From NCBI GenBank assembly GCA_964636085.1, contig CAZWPQ010000002.1, positions 1 to 64,000 of the forward strand: 64,000 nucleotides of DNA, written 5' to 3'. This DNA is from an uncultured Nitrososphaerota archaeon. Lineage in GTDB: Archaea; Asgardarchaeota; Njordarchaeia; Njordarchaeales; Panguiarchaeaceae. The notes below the pieces were generated by a model that was given only the letters and a program-made list of their open reading frames with translations, made no database searches and was not told where the DNA came from. Both the position numbers and the translations under genes were made by a program. This document shows, piece after piece, positions 46,310-58,500 of this stretch (positions are counted from its first letter, which is position 1; the number at the start of each line of letters is the position of its first letter).

Positions 46310-49300
46310 ATGGTGAAGAGTTTGAGAAAGTATAATCAATATTTGTGTTCTCTAATAATTGTCGCTATGTTGGCTACGTATGGTGTATATGGTAGTGTGA
46401 TGAGGATCGCGAATGATGCAAATAGTAGGACTACTACTGCTCATGGGTCGAGTGCCAATAACATGGGTATAATGGAGCATAAGCTTGTGATCGGTTATGA
46501 TGCTACCTTCAGAAACTGTATAATAAATGGGACAGTGGAGATTAGAAACGGATCGAGAGTAATGTTCGAAAATGTAACATTCTATGCCGAATCCCTATAC
46601 TATTGGGTTGAGGGGAGAGAAAAGGGCTTTATAGAGGTCTATGACACTGCGGAGGTAATGATCAAAAATTCAAGGATTATAGCTACTTCGTGGTCCCCGC
46701 GAATATATGTCTATAATACATCAGGAATCACAATCGATAACGTGAGTATATACTCAACAATGGGAGGGATCAATATATATGCATATGGGGACTCAAGTGT
46801 AAATATCTATGATTGTAATGCCAGCACAACATTATACATATTCCTTCGTGACTATGCAGCGGCGATTGTGATTAACTCCTCAATATGGCAGATACTCGCA
46901 TACGATAATTCGGGCGTATACCTATACGAGAGCATTAATAACACATATATAGAAACACATGATTCCTCATTACTTTATGTATTCGGAGCAAAAATGGGGT
47001 ATGGCGACTATATAAGTGCGGGGGATAATAGCCATGTAGAAATTATAAACACTGTTTTTTCAAGCGGAGGAATAGCCTGTGATGGACATGCAAGCGTTCA
47101 AGCTACACAATCAGTATTGGACTATATAGTTGCGGAGGACGCGGCTAATGTCTCGCTTGTAAATACAAACGTATCAAATCTCTGGGCATACGATCACGCA
47201 GACCTGCATATCAGTGGTGGATACTTTAATTGGATAGATCTATATCATGTTCCTATGGCCGGAGAAGAAGCAATGCTGGGTCCAGGAGGGGAAATTAAAG
47301 ATGCGACCATCACAACGCTACATACATCCTCTGCAAGGATAATAAGACTTATTAACTGTTATGTCTCATCGCTTTATTATCTCGACATATTTAATGGCTC
47401 TTATGCATATGTATACGTTGGTGGCTATATATACGATAGTGCATACCCGAATTATGAGGCGTTAGGATCAACAATAGTCAATACTTATCATATATCAGGC
47501 GTGGCCGTTGGAAATAATGTAGACCTATTTGTGATCCATAGACCCATGAATCAAATCGTGGCTTTCAATGTAGACAGGCTTGAAATATACAATATTACTG
47601 ACACTGGTAGCGTTATTGCGTTATACACGAACTGCTATATATATAATATAAGTGTTTATGATGTAGAATTTGCCTTTTACGGGAGCAATGTAACAATAAA
47701 TAACCTAACATATAAGACTTCTGGCTTTTATTTCTCGTTTCTGGCCAGGGATTCAAACATAACCATATACGACTCCAACATAGAGTACATGGATATTAGT
47801 ATCTATGATTCGAAGGTATCGTTTAGGTCAGTTTTGATAAACAACTCCTATTTATTGATCGAAAACTCTAGTGGGACACTGGACTGCATAATGGATTCCA
47901 CGATTCCTGATCTCTCAGATAGTGATATAGTTTTCAACAACTCGGTTATTTCTTCGACACTACATATTTATAGGTCTAAGGTAGGTCTAATAAACACGAC
48001 GCTATATGATGTGATAATAGATGAGGTTCGCCTTGCCGACGGCGTTTTCAACATGACTGATGGAGTTATAATTTCCTACACCGTGGATATAATAAGTGGT
48101 CTATATGAAATAGAACCCTCCAATATTTATAGTGGATATATTTCTATTGACTACTTCGTACTTGATAATGCTTCTCTAGAGATAGATACCTATACGATCA
48201 ATGTAATAATGGGGGGATATGTGGATATAGATCTCTATAATTCCTCTAAGTTGTATCTAATAAATGTATCTGCCGTTTATCCAAGAGAGGTATGCATCAA
48301 TGTGTATAATGACTCTGCAATATATCTCTTCGATTCGGATGTCTACACTATATATGCTGAGGGGGATGTCTATATTGAGAACACAGGCGTGAACCAAATT
48401 GATATTCATAACTCGGACATAGAAATTTTCCACTCCCAAATCTCTGAATTGGAGATGGATAGCTCACGCCTCGTTGCGAACTATACCAACTTTTCAGAAA
48501 TAGAGATAATGTCAGGAGAGGTTATGCTTGATTCATGTTATGTTGATGATATGGGTGGTGGCGACTTGTTTGCATTCATGTTAAATGGAACGATCTGTGA
48601 TGCCAACATAACCATATTAAACTCAAATGTCTCTGGATATCATGCACTCCTAGGAGGCAATCTAACGATTAAAAACTCGAATGTTTCCGAGATATTTGCA
48701 GCATATCAATGGGTGGATATATATGACTCAAATATAGGATTCGCCCTAAATGTAAGCCTATTTACATCGGGATCCGCAACCATAAGCAACAACGTGATCA
48801 CGTCAGGGACATATATGGTTCTACTCCATAAGTATGGTACAACAGTCATAGGAAGCATGGGTTATGCTATTTCAATACTGCAAGATCCAGATGAACCACT
48901 TGTGGATTTAAGTATAGAAAATACTTTTGCTTACCCAGTAGTGGTTGCGCTGGGAGGGAGATTAGATATCGACAACTCGATGTTTATGATTGTATTTGTA
49001 AATACAGATACAGATTTTAGAGCCACAAATTCCATCATTAATGCCTCAGAAATGGAGGAAGTCCCAGTAATTTTGGTGGCGAGTACACTCTACATGGATA
49101 ATGTAACAATAATCTCAGAGATGCTTATACTTGCGGCATCGAATGATGCACAAATCCTCAACTCGGGATTTAATGTTGATGGTATATACATATATAATAC
49201 AACAATAACAATCACAAATACCGACGTAACGCCCTTTGCAGATCCAGATGGAACAGTCATTGCGAATTCCTACGTCTCTGTGGAGTATTCGACAATACTT

Positions 49301-50437
49301 GCAGCAACGTTATATGAATCCACACTTCATCTAAACGTAGTGAATGTCATTGACGCCAATGTAGAGGGTATTGTATTGTCCGAGGGATCCGTGCTGGATG
49401 GGGATAGTGTGAATGCATCAAATATACTAGCAGCCTACATGTTCAAGTATTACTTCATGATATTTACGATGGTCTCCACATACGATATCCCGGTAAGAAA
49501 TATAGATGTTCATCTCGTAAACTCTAGGATAATGGAGGGATACATCAAATATTATGTGGTTGATAATCCACTCGGCGCTGAATTTGATAACGAAACAATA
49601 ATGGGTTCATATAGTACTTTAACAAACTACTCAAACTCATACACGACAGGCGCGGTACCATATTTCGTTTTCAGAATCTCTGGGAGTGGACATGCCAACA
49701 TAACTAATTACAGGGGAGGAAATATAATACACTCCATAATGATCATGGCTACCCGGGACATTTCGCCGCCAGAAATAGCTGCACTTAATGCCAGTACGAT
49801 AGAATATGAGTATGGGCTAGAGAGGAAGTTGTGCTATGTGCTGAATGACGAGACGCCAACGAATTATAAGGTCTCTATCAATGATACAATCATCGAAACC
49901 GGCATATATACAAGTGGATATACGCTATGTGTGGACCTTGCCACATACATAACTTCTCCTGGTTATTATGTCGTTAAAGTATATGCCTATGATAGTGACC
50001 TAAATAGTGTATATACAACAACTTATGTTCGTGTACATCCCGCAGAGGCACCACTTATAACACTGGAGCCTAAGGATAATTACACGATTAATGTAGGTGA
50101 AGGAATAATACTTAACTGGTCGGCGACAGATCTTTCCCCCGATTTATATCAAATTATTGTCAATGGATCAAAGGTGGAGGAAAAATCTTGGGCGTCTGGC
50201 GAGGTAATATCGTATGAATATCAGGCAGAAGATGTTGGGAAGGTCAATATAACCATAGTATTCCAAGACCAGCTAGGGCTAAAGTCTACAGATACTGTAA
50301 TTCTAAATGTCACCAAGGCAACAACCACAAAGAAACCTATAACTTATATTGCCATAGGTGCCATAGCTTTTCTTGCTTTGGTAGTCGCCATAATATTACT
50401 AAAGAGGAAAGGAAAACCTATGAAGGAGGAGGAATAG
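46310..50437 (+). CDS. Large type I membrane surface protein with long parallel beta-helix + 2 Ig-like domains + TM
   Basis: Signal peptide; ~1,100 aa of I.NS.I / .YD.S.V beta-helix coils; many NxS/T sequons; TM followed by KRKGK. Start refined to ATG 46310 (track 46259). Confidence 0.85.
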   Translation: MVKSLRKYNQYLCSLIIVAMLATYGVYGSVMRIANDANSRTTTAHGSSANNMGIMEHKLVIGYDATFRNCIINGTVEIRNGSRVMFENVTFYAESLYYWVEGREKGFIEVYDTAEVMIKNSRIIATSWSPRIYVYNTSGITIDNVSIYSTMGGINIYAYGDSSVNIYDCNASTTLYIFLRDYAAAIVINSSIWQILAYDNSGVYLYESINNTYIETHDSSLLYVFGAKMGYGDYISAGDNSHVEIINTVFSSGGIACDGHASVQATQSVLDYIVAEDAANVSLVNTNVSNLWAYDHADLHISGGYFNWIDLYHVPMAGEEAMLGPGGEIKDATITTLHTSSARIIRLINCYVSSLYYLDIFNGSYAYVYVGGYIYDSAYPNYEALGSTIVNTYHISGVAVGNNVDLFVIHRPMNQIVAFNVDRLEIYNITDTGSVIALYTNCYIYNISVYDVEFAFYGSNVTINNLTYKTSGFYFSFLARDSNITIYDSNIEYMDISIYDSKVSFRSVLINNSYLLIENSSGTLDCIMDSTIPDLSDSDIVFNNSVISSTLHIYRSKVGLINTTLYDVIIDEVRLADGVFNMTDGVIISYTVDIISGLYEIEPSNIYSGYISIDYFVLDNASLEIDTYTINVIMGGYVDIDLYNSSKLYLINVSAVYPREVCINVYNDSAIYLFDSDVYTIYAEGDVYIENTGVNQIDIHNSDIEIFHSQISELEMDSSRLVANYTNFSEIEIMSGEVMLDSCYVDDMGGGDLFAFMLNGTICDANITILNSNVSGYHALLGGNLTIKNSNVSEIFAAYQWVDIYDSNIGFALNVSLFTSGSATISNNVITSGTYMVLLHKYGTTVIGSMGYAISILQDPDEPLVDLSIENTFAYPVVVALGGRLDIDNSMFMIVFVNTDTDFRATNSIINASEMEEVPVILVASTLYMDNVTIISEMLILAASNDAQILNSGFNVDGIYIYNTTITITNTDVTPFADPDGTVIANSYVSVEYSTILAATLYESTLHLNVVNVIDANVEGIVLSEGSVLDGDSVNASNILAAYMFKYYFMIFTMVSTYDIPVRNIDVHLVNSRIMEGYIKYYVVDNPLGAEFDNETIMGSYSTLTNYSNSYTTGAVPYFVFRISGSGHANITNYRGGNIIHSIMIMATRDISPPEIAALNASTIEYEYGLERKLCYVLNDETPTNYKVSINDTIIETGIYTSGYTLCVDLATYITSPGYYVVKVYAYDSDLNSVYTTTYVRVHPAEAPLITLEPKDNYTINVGEGIILNWSATDLSPDLYQIIVNGSKVEEKSWASGEVISYEYQAEDVGKVNITIVFQDQLGLKSTDTVILNVTKATTTKKPITYIAIGAIAFLALVVAIILLKRKGKPMKEEE

Positions 50438-50649
50438 ACATATAAATATTCCTTTTTTATTCAAATTCTTGTCTCTAATATCACTAAATAACCCAATATT
50501 TTCTAATGAATTCTAATTATCTGTGGATAAACTAATTATATCTTAGAGCGTGTATGTAAAGGAGTCAATATATCTTTTTTTTTAAAAGAATATCATTATA
50601 TATACATGCTAAATCTATCAAAATATGTATGCGTCTTAAGGGGAGCTAG

Positions 50650-51972
50650 ATGCGTGGGAGTCGAAAGTATTTTCTCATTCTCTTATTCGGCATTATATTA
50701 GTCTCGATAACATATGTTGAGGCCGCTAACGGCTATCCTGACTGGATAAAAAAAGGCACCTATGCCAAGTACTCAGGCACTATATATGGTGGTGGTGAAG
50801 TAGAGGAAGAAGTAGAATTTATAAGTGACGTCTATGGCAGTAAGGTATTGGTTAAATACTACGTGAAAGAGGTTCTTGGTGGCATGACATGGTCAAATAC
50901 CTCAATACTAGAGGTAGATGTCAATACGCGAGAAACAAATGTTACGATATTTGATCCATTTAGCGGTACAAATAAAACAGTATACTTCAACTTGTGGATA
51001 GAGCTGGATGTCGATGTAGGAGATTATGTCAATATCTCTATATGGACACTGAAGGTATCGTCTATTGGGGATAGGATAAAAGTTAAGGCATATTCATATA
51101 AAAGACAGACAATAAGGGTTTATGGTTCAGTTTATACATATTCTGGGTATAGTGTATATTGGGAACTATACTATGACAAAGACACGCATCTCCTCCTATA
51201 CATTCATACTTGGTTCGAGTATGGCTCACAATCTGTTGATACTCTTGAAGTAGAACTTGTGGACACAAATGTACCTCTTCCTCCCCTTCAAATTAGTCAA
51301 ACCGAATTGTCATGGTCAGCTATTAGCATGACGCTTGGTATAATTAGTGTTGCAGTAGTTATATATATGGGCACATTAATTGGGGCTGTGGGATACGGAG
51401 CTATACCTGCTTATGGGGCGGGTTGTCCTAGGGAAGGTATGGAGGGAGGAGGCCCTGCGGTATCTGTGGATCCAGAGAGGGCCAGTAGGTTATCTGGTCT
51501 GAAAAAATTTGGTGATGACATTCTCGACAAATTATTTAGATTCGCAGCGAAAAAGGCAATAGAGCGAGGGTCAGAAGTCAGAGAGCCTGATTCAAAGAAA
51601 GTTACAGCATTTTTAGTTGTCTTGGCTGCGGTTATCGGAGGGCTACTTGGTGTATACTTTGGTTTTAAAGAAATCCGTAGTTTTATCTCACTCATAATGC
51701 CCTCCATAGGAGTAACACTTGGCATGCTTGGTTTTATTGTCATGATCCTACTATTTCTAGGATGCGCCCTTGGAGTATTTAGGTTCTGGAAACTCTACGT
51801 GCCAATACTATTGCTAATACTCACAGTACTGGAACTGATAGGCCTATTCTTCTCAACAATGACCCTTGTAAATATGTTGGGTATAATAGCTGTGGCAATC
51901 ATCCTGCCACTGTATACTGTTGCCTTTCTTGCGGGGATAATGCTATTCTCAACAGTAATTCCCACACTATAA
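50650..51972 (+). CDS. Membrane protein: signal peptide, beta-rich ectodomain (WIKKG.YAKY...YYDKDT.LLL), TM, Gly/Pro loop, 4 C-terminal TMs
   Basis: GGGGAG RBS; hydrophobicity pattern; architecture parallels 22649-24151. Confidence 0.8.
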   Translation: MRGSRKYFLILLFGIILVSITYVEAANGYPDWIKKGTYAKYSGTIYGGGEVEEEVEFISDVYGSKVLVKYYVKEVLGGMTWSNTSILEVDVNTRETNVTIFDPFSGTNKTVYFNLWIELDVDVGDYVNISIWTLKVSSIGDRIKVKAYSYKRQTIRVYGSVYTYSGYSVYWELYYDKDTHLLLYIHTWFEYGSQSVDTLEVELVDTNVPLPPLQISQTELSWSAISMTLGIISVAVVIYMGTLIGAVGYGAIPAYGAGCPREGMEGGGPAVSVDPERASRLSGLKKFGDDILDKLFRFAAKKAIERGSEVREPDSKKVTAFLVVLAAVIGGLLGVYFGFKEIRSFISLIMPSIGVTLGMLGFIVMILLFLGCALGVFRFWKLYVPILLLILTVLELIGLFFSTMTLVNMLGIIAVAIILPLYTVAFLAGIMLFSTVIPTL

Positions 51973-51976
51973 CCAA

Positions 51977-51989
51977 TTTTTCTTTTTTT
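51977..51989 (+). terminator. Oligo-T terminator
   Basis: tttttctttttt four bases after the stop codon. Confidence 0.45.
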
Positions 51990-52579
51990 AACCTAATCCC
52001 TAGTATTCCTTATATTACCACTAAGAGAAGTTTATGTAGTGGGTTTGGGGTTCTTCTATTTGAGAAGAGATTCTTGGGTTGGCTTGTGTTATTTCAATTG
52101 TCGCTACGGCCTGTAGAAATTCTTCTGGTCTAAGTATTCTTACATATTTTGTACGTACTCTGAGTAGCTTTTCTTTGTATCTTTTCATGATATATAACAT
52201 ATAAGTTGCAATAAATTACGAAGACATTCAATCTTAGGATTCTGTATGAGCTAGAACAATAGACGATTCTGTAGCCCTACTCATAAATACGGCAATAAGA
52301 ATCCATGATGTGCTCTTAGAAGTGCCGAAAACATACAGACGGATACATATGGTCCGTGTAAAACAATAAATTGATATTACATAAATTTCTAGGATCGTCG
52401 ATGCTAAATAATTCGCGAAAAGTTTTACTGTATTAACACCAACATAGCTCGTCTATATATTCAATTTTTTCCTTTATATATTCTTTTTGTATCTTAATCA
52501 AAACGCCCAATTAGAAATCGATCGCATAATGTCGGTTTCTAATTGGGTCCTAAACATAAAAACTGTGTGGGTGTAACTA

Positions 52580-55500
52580 TTGGTAAGGGGGAAGCTGGCC
52601 TGTCTATTATTAATATTGGCGATTTTGACGCCCAGACTAGTCGTTTTTAACGATTTTGATGGGGTTTCTAGTGTTGAGTCTAAAGGAACAGAGGACGATT
52701 TTGTTGACATATGTTTGTTCTACAGCGAGTATAATTCTCTACTTGGGAGATCATCCGAGAGACTGTACTTCAATATAAGGTACATATATCCACATGTTGA
52801 CTTGTGTGGTGTGCGTAGTATTTATGATATAACGCTGAAAGCCGATGATTACGACATACTTATCTTGATGTTCAATACTACACGGGACTCCGTTATCGTA
52901 GGTAATACACCACTATCATGGGGCGAATTTGTGGATTTTCTACGCATGTATCCTGATAAGGAAATCATACTCTTACTGGGCAACTCCTACATGCTGAATG
53001 AGACAAGCGATAATTGGCATTTTGAAAGCGTAGAATATGATAGTATCTATGCATATGAGACCTATGGCGTCTGGAAGGTTGCCAAGATATTCGAATCCCT
53101 AGGCCCAGAATATAAATGGTACGCATTAAAGTTGAAGGAGAGCGCGCTCAGCTATTACTTCGATAACATAGACAGAATATTCGAATCAAAAATTACGCCA
53201 TCACAAGTAATTGGAAGCAGGGATGAGGAGTATAGAAAGGCAAAAATAGAGGAATACCTAAGAGAACATCCCTCCTCCCTTAGGGTCAGGGTAGCCGATG
53301 AGAAAAACCCCAATGGCCCAATAATATACATTAGAAATTTTGCTAAGAATTCAGATGGATATGACTACTTACCATTCCCCAAGATGTCCGGGATTGCAAG
53401 TTCTATCGGGGATTTCATTGACGAGGTGCTGGGCTTCTTATCTGGCAATGGTTGTGATTTTCTAACAATAAATTTCTCGGTGATAGATCAAATCGTAGAT
53501 GCATTTAAATCCGTATATGATTTTATTGGCGACCCCGCAAAAATGGGGGAGGGATCGCTGCTCAAGGGGTTCCTAGGCTCGCTGATGCAAGAGTTTCCAT
53601 ACATTGAGAACTATACAAAATACTTGGATCTTTTTATGGACGGCTTCTATGCCCTCAAGGGCGACATAAGTTCCATACTGGACTTCCTAATGGGGGCCAT
53701 CGATCTAGTCTTTCCTTCGGGAACGGGAGTGGATGAGTATATAGAGCAATTAAAATCCATAGCGGGGGAGATATTATCCATAACTGACCAAGTAATGAAT
53801 CTTTACCAGAGAATCACCAGCAACAAAATTAGCATGGTTCTCCAGTATATAATGGGGAAAATCACCAATATTACGATCCAAGAATTCCTAAAAAACATGA
53901 CTGGAATAACAGATTTTGACTCGCTATATAACAGATTGAGCTCACTGTTCTCCATTGGCATGCAGATATTTACACTCCAAAACATAACAGATTTCGCCTC
54001 AAAATTGTTCAAATTTATAACGGAGGACTTGAATATCTTTGATTATCCCGACATTGGCGACATAGCAGGAAAAATAAAGTCTATAATATCCCTAGCATTA
54101 TCGTTTCTAGAGAAAGAAAAATCATCTCTATCGCAACTACTGAGGGACGCCATAACCTCATTCATAGGCGAGTCATATATATCGGACATAGAGAAAATGG
54201 TTGATGATATACTGGATGAAGTTGATGATGCCATAAAAGAGGCAGAATCTGATATAGAGGGCTTTAGGTCACGCATAGAGGACATCATAAACACTTATGT
54301 CTCTAATTTCCCCGATCTGGAAGAGGTAAGAGAGATACTAAGAGAAGTAATAACACTGATAACTGCGATCTCAAACCCCGGATTTGATATCTCAGAGGCT
54401 ACTAGCCTCATAGAAATATTTGAGGATATACTAGAGACCTATCTTTCTGGATATGAGGATGATATCAATCGTTTATTCTTAATATTGAACTCCACTGTAA
54501 TCCCAATAGGGCTTCTAAATGCTCCATCAAGACTACAGAAGGCATTTCTAAAACAATTAAACCCATTATTGGACATGCGGCAAAATGTCCTAAGATACCT
54601 AATAGAAACGGTAAAGAGAATAATAATGGATACGGAGGAGTACGTTCAGATAGAAGATGTGCTGAAGTACATAGAGAATGGAACAACAATAATCAGCGCA
54701 ATACTTAACATAATCTCGGAGGTTAGGGAGAGACCATTCGATGGGATAACGTCGGCCCTAATGTTTGCTGCGTCCATCACACAGACCCAGTTATTTGGCA
54801 ATATGACTATAGGAAATCTGACGACATTTCTAATGGCATTATTACCGGATCTAATGGGGCTAGATAGGGTACCATCTTTGGAGGAATGTAAGAATATGAT
54901 AATCAATGCTCTAAGTGGATTTAGTTCTCAAATAAAAACCACGGTTATTACGCTATTCGAGTTCCTGTATGACATTAGAGAGGTTATGAGGAATGGAGTA
55001 AAATGGTTTACAACAAAGATACTCGATTGGGTGGCTGGATATGTAGCGGACTTTGTTTCAGATCTTGTTGGGGAGATAGAGGATATAATAGACCAGTATA
55101 CGTTTCTTAATCTAGAGGGAGATATGAATTTTGGTTTTGCTGGGCTTGATGCTATTACATTTTCATACAAGATAGTTATAAGCGCTGGGGTCGACATTGA
55201 TGAGTCTGGACTAACTAATGATATTAAGGACATGATATTGAGGGGTAAGTATTTAGACTTCTTGAACCCGATAAAGGTTTTCGAAACGTTGATAGGCCAT
55301 GTAACAATAACGCCCATAATAGAGGCACAGATAAAGATGTCATCGATGGCTACGAATACAGATCTTCTAGGCGAAATTATAGGTCTTCTAGGAGCGGATA
55401 TAAGTATAGAAGGAGAGGCCAGATTTAAACTGGTATTGTTCTCATTCAAATCTGGTACCTTCGATATGAGCGAATTCCTAGACTTGAAGGAGTGGTATCT

Positions 55501-58500
55501 AATGTTCTCAATGTCCATATCAAAGACATTTTCAATATTTGACATAATCGGGGCGCCAGAATTGGCATCGGTAGCTGAGGATCTGGGTCTGGACCTGATA
55601 ACTGTTACTCTTACAATTGGATTCAAACTAGAAATAAACCTTGGATCTGAGAGTGAGGATAGTGGGGCACATTCCATATTGTCGCTAGAGATTACCGTGG
55701 CTGGAACACTCCACATAGGTATCGATGTAGTGATAGCTGAGGTCTCCATAGACTTCACACTATCTATATCCTTCACATTTACCATAGACACGTCAAAGCC
55801 AGACCCATTACTATTTGAGATATCAGTGAAATACAAACTCAAGATACATGCAGAATTCCTATTTGTAGGAAAGACATGGAAATTTGGTGGCACTATATTC
55901 ACATATCAATTCCCAGAGAACGAGTCGGATACCCCAGATAAGCATGCAGGAGGATTTGATGAGGATGCTGACGGCCTCCCAGATAACTTCGAGAAAGAAA
56001 ACTTTGGATTCTCACCCACAAGAGCAGACACAGATGAAGACGGTCTAGGCGATAATGAAGAGTTAAATGCGTATGGCACAGATCCACTGGATCCAGATAC
56101 TGATGGGGATGGATTGACAGACTATGATGAGATAAAGGTATATGACACTAATCCATTCATAAGAGACACTGATAATGATGGCCTGACGGATTATGAGGAA
56201 ACCATAATATATGCTACGGATCCCCACGAGGTGGATACCGATGGGGATGGATTAGATGACTATTTTGAAGTACACTATACATGGGACATTAGTAATGTGA
56301 CTATAAGCATTTCTGGAGTATCGATTGGTGGAGAAATATACTATGATCACACAGATCCTCTGAATCCTGATACTGATGGCGATGGGCTTCTTGATGGCCA
56401 AGAAGGGCCTCTAGGTGGCTATTATCTCCCATTTGCGTACGATTTTGGCGAAAACCCAATAATATTTAATTATGGCTATACGCATCCATTAGACAATGAT
56501 ACTGATGATGATTCATACATGCAGGAACCCGATGGATCTATTAGGGAGCCAAAATATTTCTTAAGATCTATGACCGATAAAGAAGAGATAGATGGCATTA
56601 CAGTAGTCTATATAGATCCCGAAGAGGGGCCGGTGCTAAGAACATTTAGGACAAATCCGATATGTCCAGACTCTGACCAAGACACTGGCAGTTCTACAAT
56701 ACTGTTGAGTGATGGATACGAGTTATCCCGAAATCCACCCTCAAATCCATTAAACGGAGATAGTGATGGCGATGGGATTATAGATGGTAATGAAGGTACG
56801 TCATCACCATATTCAAATAAGACAGATCGTCTAAACCCAGATACAGATGGAGATGGTCTTGGGGATATGCAGGAAATAGTTTTGGGTCTTGATCCAGGTG
56901 AGCCTGATACTGATGGTGATATGGTGTCCGATGGGGATGAGTTTATTAAATATGGCACGAACCCAAGGCTTTTTGATAGTGATAATGATAGACTTAGTGA
57001 CGGTGAGGAATTATTCTATTGGCACTCTAACCCAATGTTAAAAGATAGTGATAATGATGGTATAATAGATGGTGATGAGGTACTCATATACTTTACAGAC
57101 CCCATGGACGAGGATTCAGACAACGACAATCTTACAGATCCGATGGAGATATTTGTATACCATACAAATCCATTGGAGGCCGACAGTGATTATGATGGTC
57201 TTGTTGATGGAGACGAGATTTTCCTATACAATACAAGTCCACTGAACTGGGATAGTGATGGTGACTCCATACTATATCCAAACGAGACGGGAGATATAAC
57301 ATGGCCCATGAGTGATTATAGAGAAATATTCGTCTTTGGCACAGACCCACTAGACTCTGACACGGATAATGATGGCTTATCAGATGCGATAGAGACATAC
57401 TTGGCTAGCGGGAAAATACCCAACTTTGAACCAATAATGCTTGATGCAAATAATAACGATACTGATGGCGATGGGCTGATCGATGGCCATGAAATCCATA
57501 TTAGGAATATAAGCGATATCGTCTATCCCTACGTGAGCTTTATCATATATTATCCACTCAATTCATCGCCACTCCTAGTAGATACCGATGGTGACGGTCT
57601 CACTGACTATAGAGAAATAATGATATATGCAAGCAAAGCAAACTGTAATGATAGTGATGGTGATGGTCTCAGTGATTATGATGAGGTGGTCATCTATAAT
57701 ACCAGTCCAATATACTGGGACACAGATAAGGATAATATATCTGACTATGACGAGGTTAATGGTTTTGTTGCGTCGCTTGGCTATAAATTCCCAGATTTAA
57801 TGACGGTGTTCTATACAGATCCTGCTGATCCAGACACTGATGATGACTACTTGCCGGATGGATATGAGGCACAAGTACTCAGATCAAACCCCACAATAAA
57901 GGACGAGGATAATAATGGAATTGAAGATGGATTGGACTTTGATACAGATGGCGACATGTTGAGTGACGGATTGGAATTCTATGTATACAATACCTCATAC
58001 TATCCTGGTGGTGGTCCATTAAATCCTGATTCGGATCAGGACGGGCTTAGCGATGGATCAGAAGTATATGTCTATGGTACTGATCCAGCTGATCCCGATA
58101 CAGATGATGATGGTATATTGGATGGGGCCGAGGTAGCGGCTGGGACAGATCCACTATCATTTACATCGTGGGAAGAATATGTTGATGCTCTCAACATTTT
58201 GCTTGGGGGTAACTATATAAAGATACTGAGTCCTAGAGGCACCATTATTGATAAGTATACGAATGTTAGGGTGATTAACGGTACTACATTCACTGAGATG
58301 TGGTTTAGATATAAAAAGATTGGGGACGACTTTTCGAGTAATTACTCACTGGTCTATGATCCAGATTCGCTTCAATGGGTATATAGCGACATTGTCTGGG
58401 AAGAAGGAAACTATACCATAGAGGTATTTGGAAGAACTCCTGGAGGAGAAGTATTTAAAGCAACTGAGGAGTTCGGGTTCATCTCGGTCGAGAAGAAGAT

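Noticed and set aside
52009-52188. 59-codon minus-strand ORF MKRYKEKLLRVRTKYVRILRPEEFL…
   Set aside because: ILRPEEFL recalls a PIN-domain C-terminus, but the ORF is too short and unsupported to call.
54928-55902. 324-aa minus-strand ORF (and similar antisense ORFs at 14146-14886, 17005-17499, 25118-25702, 42092-42637)
   Set aside because: Antisense shadows of well-supported genes; Ser/Ile/Pro-rich, motif-less translations.
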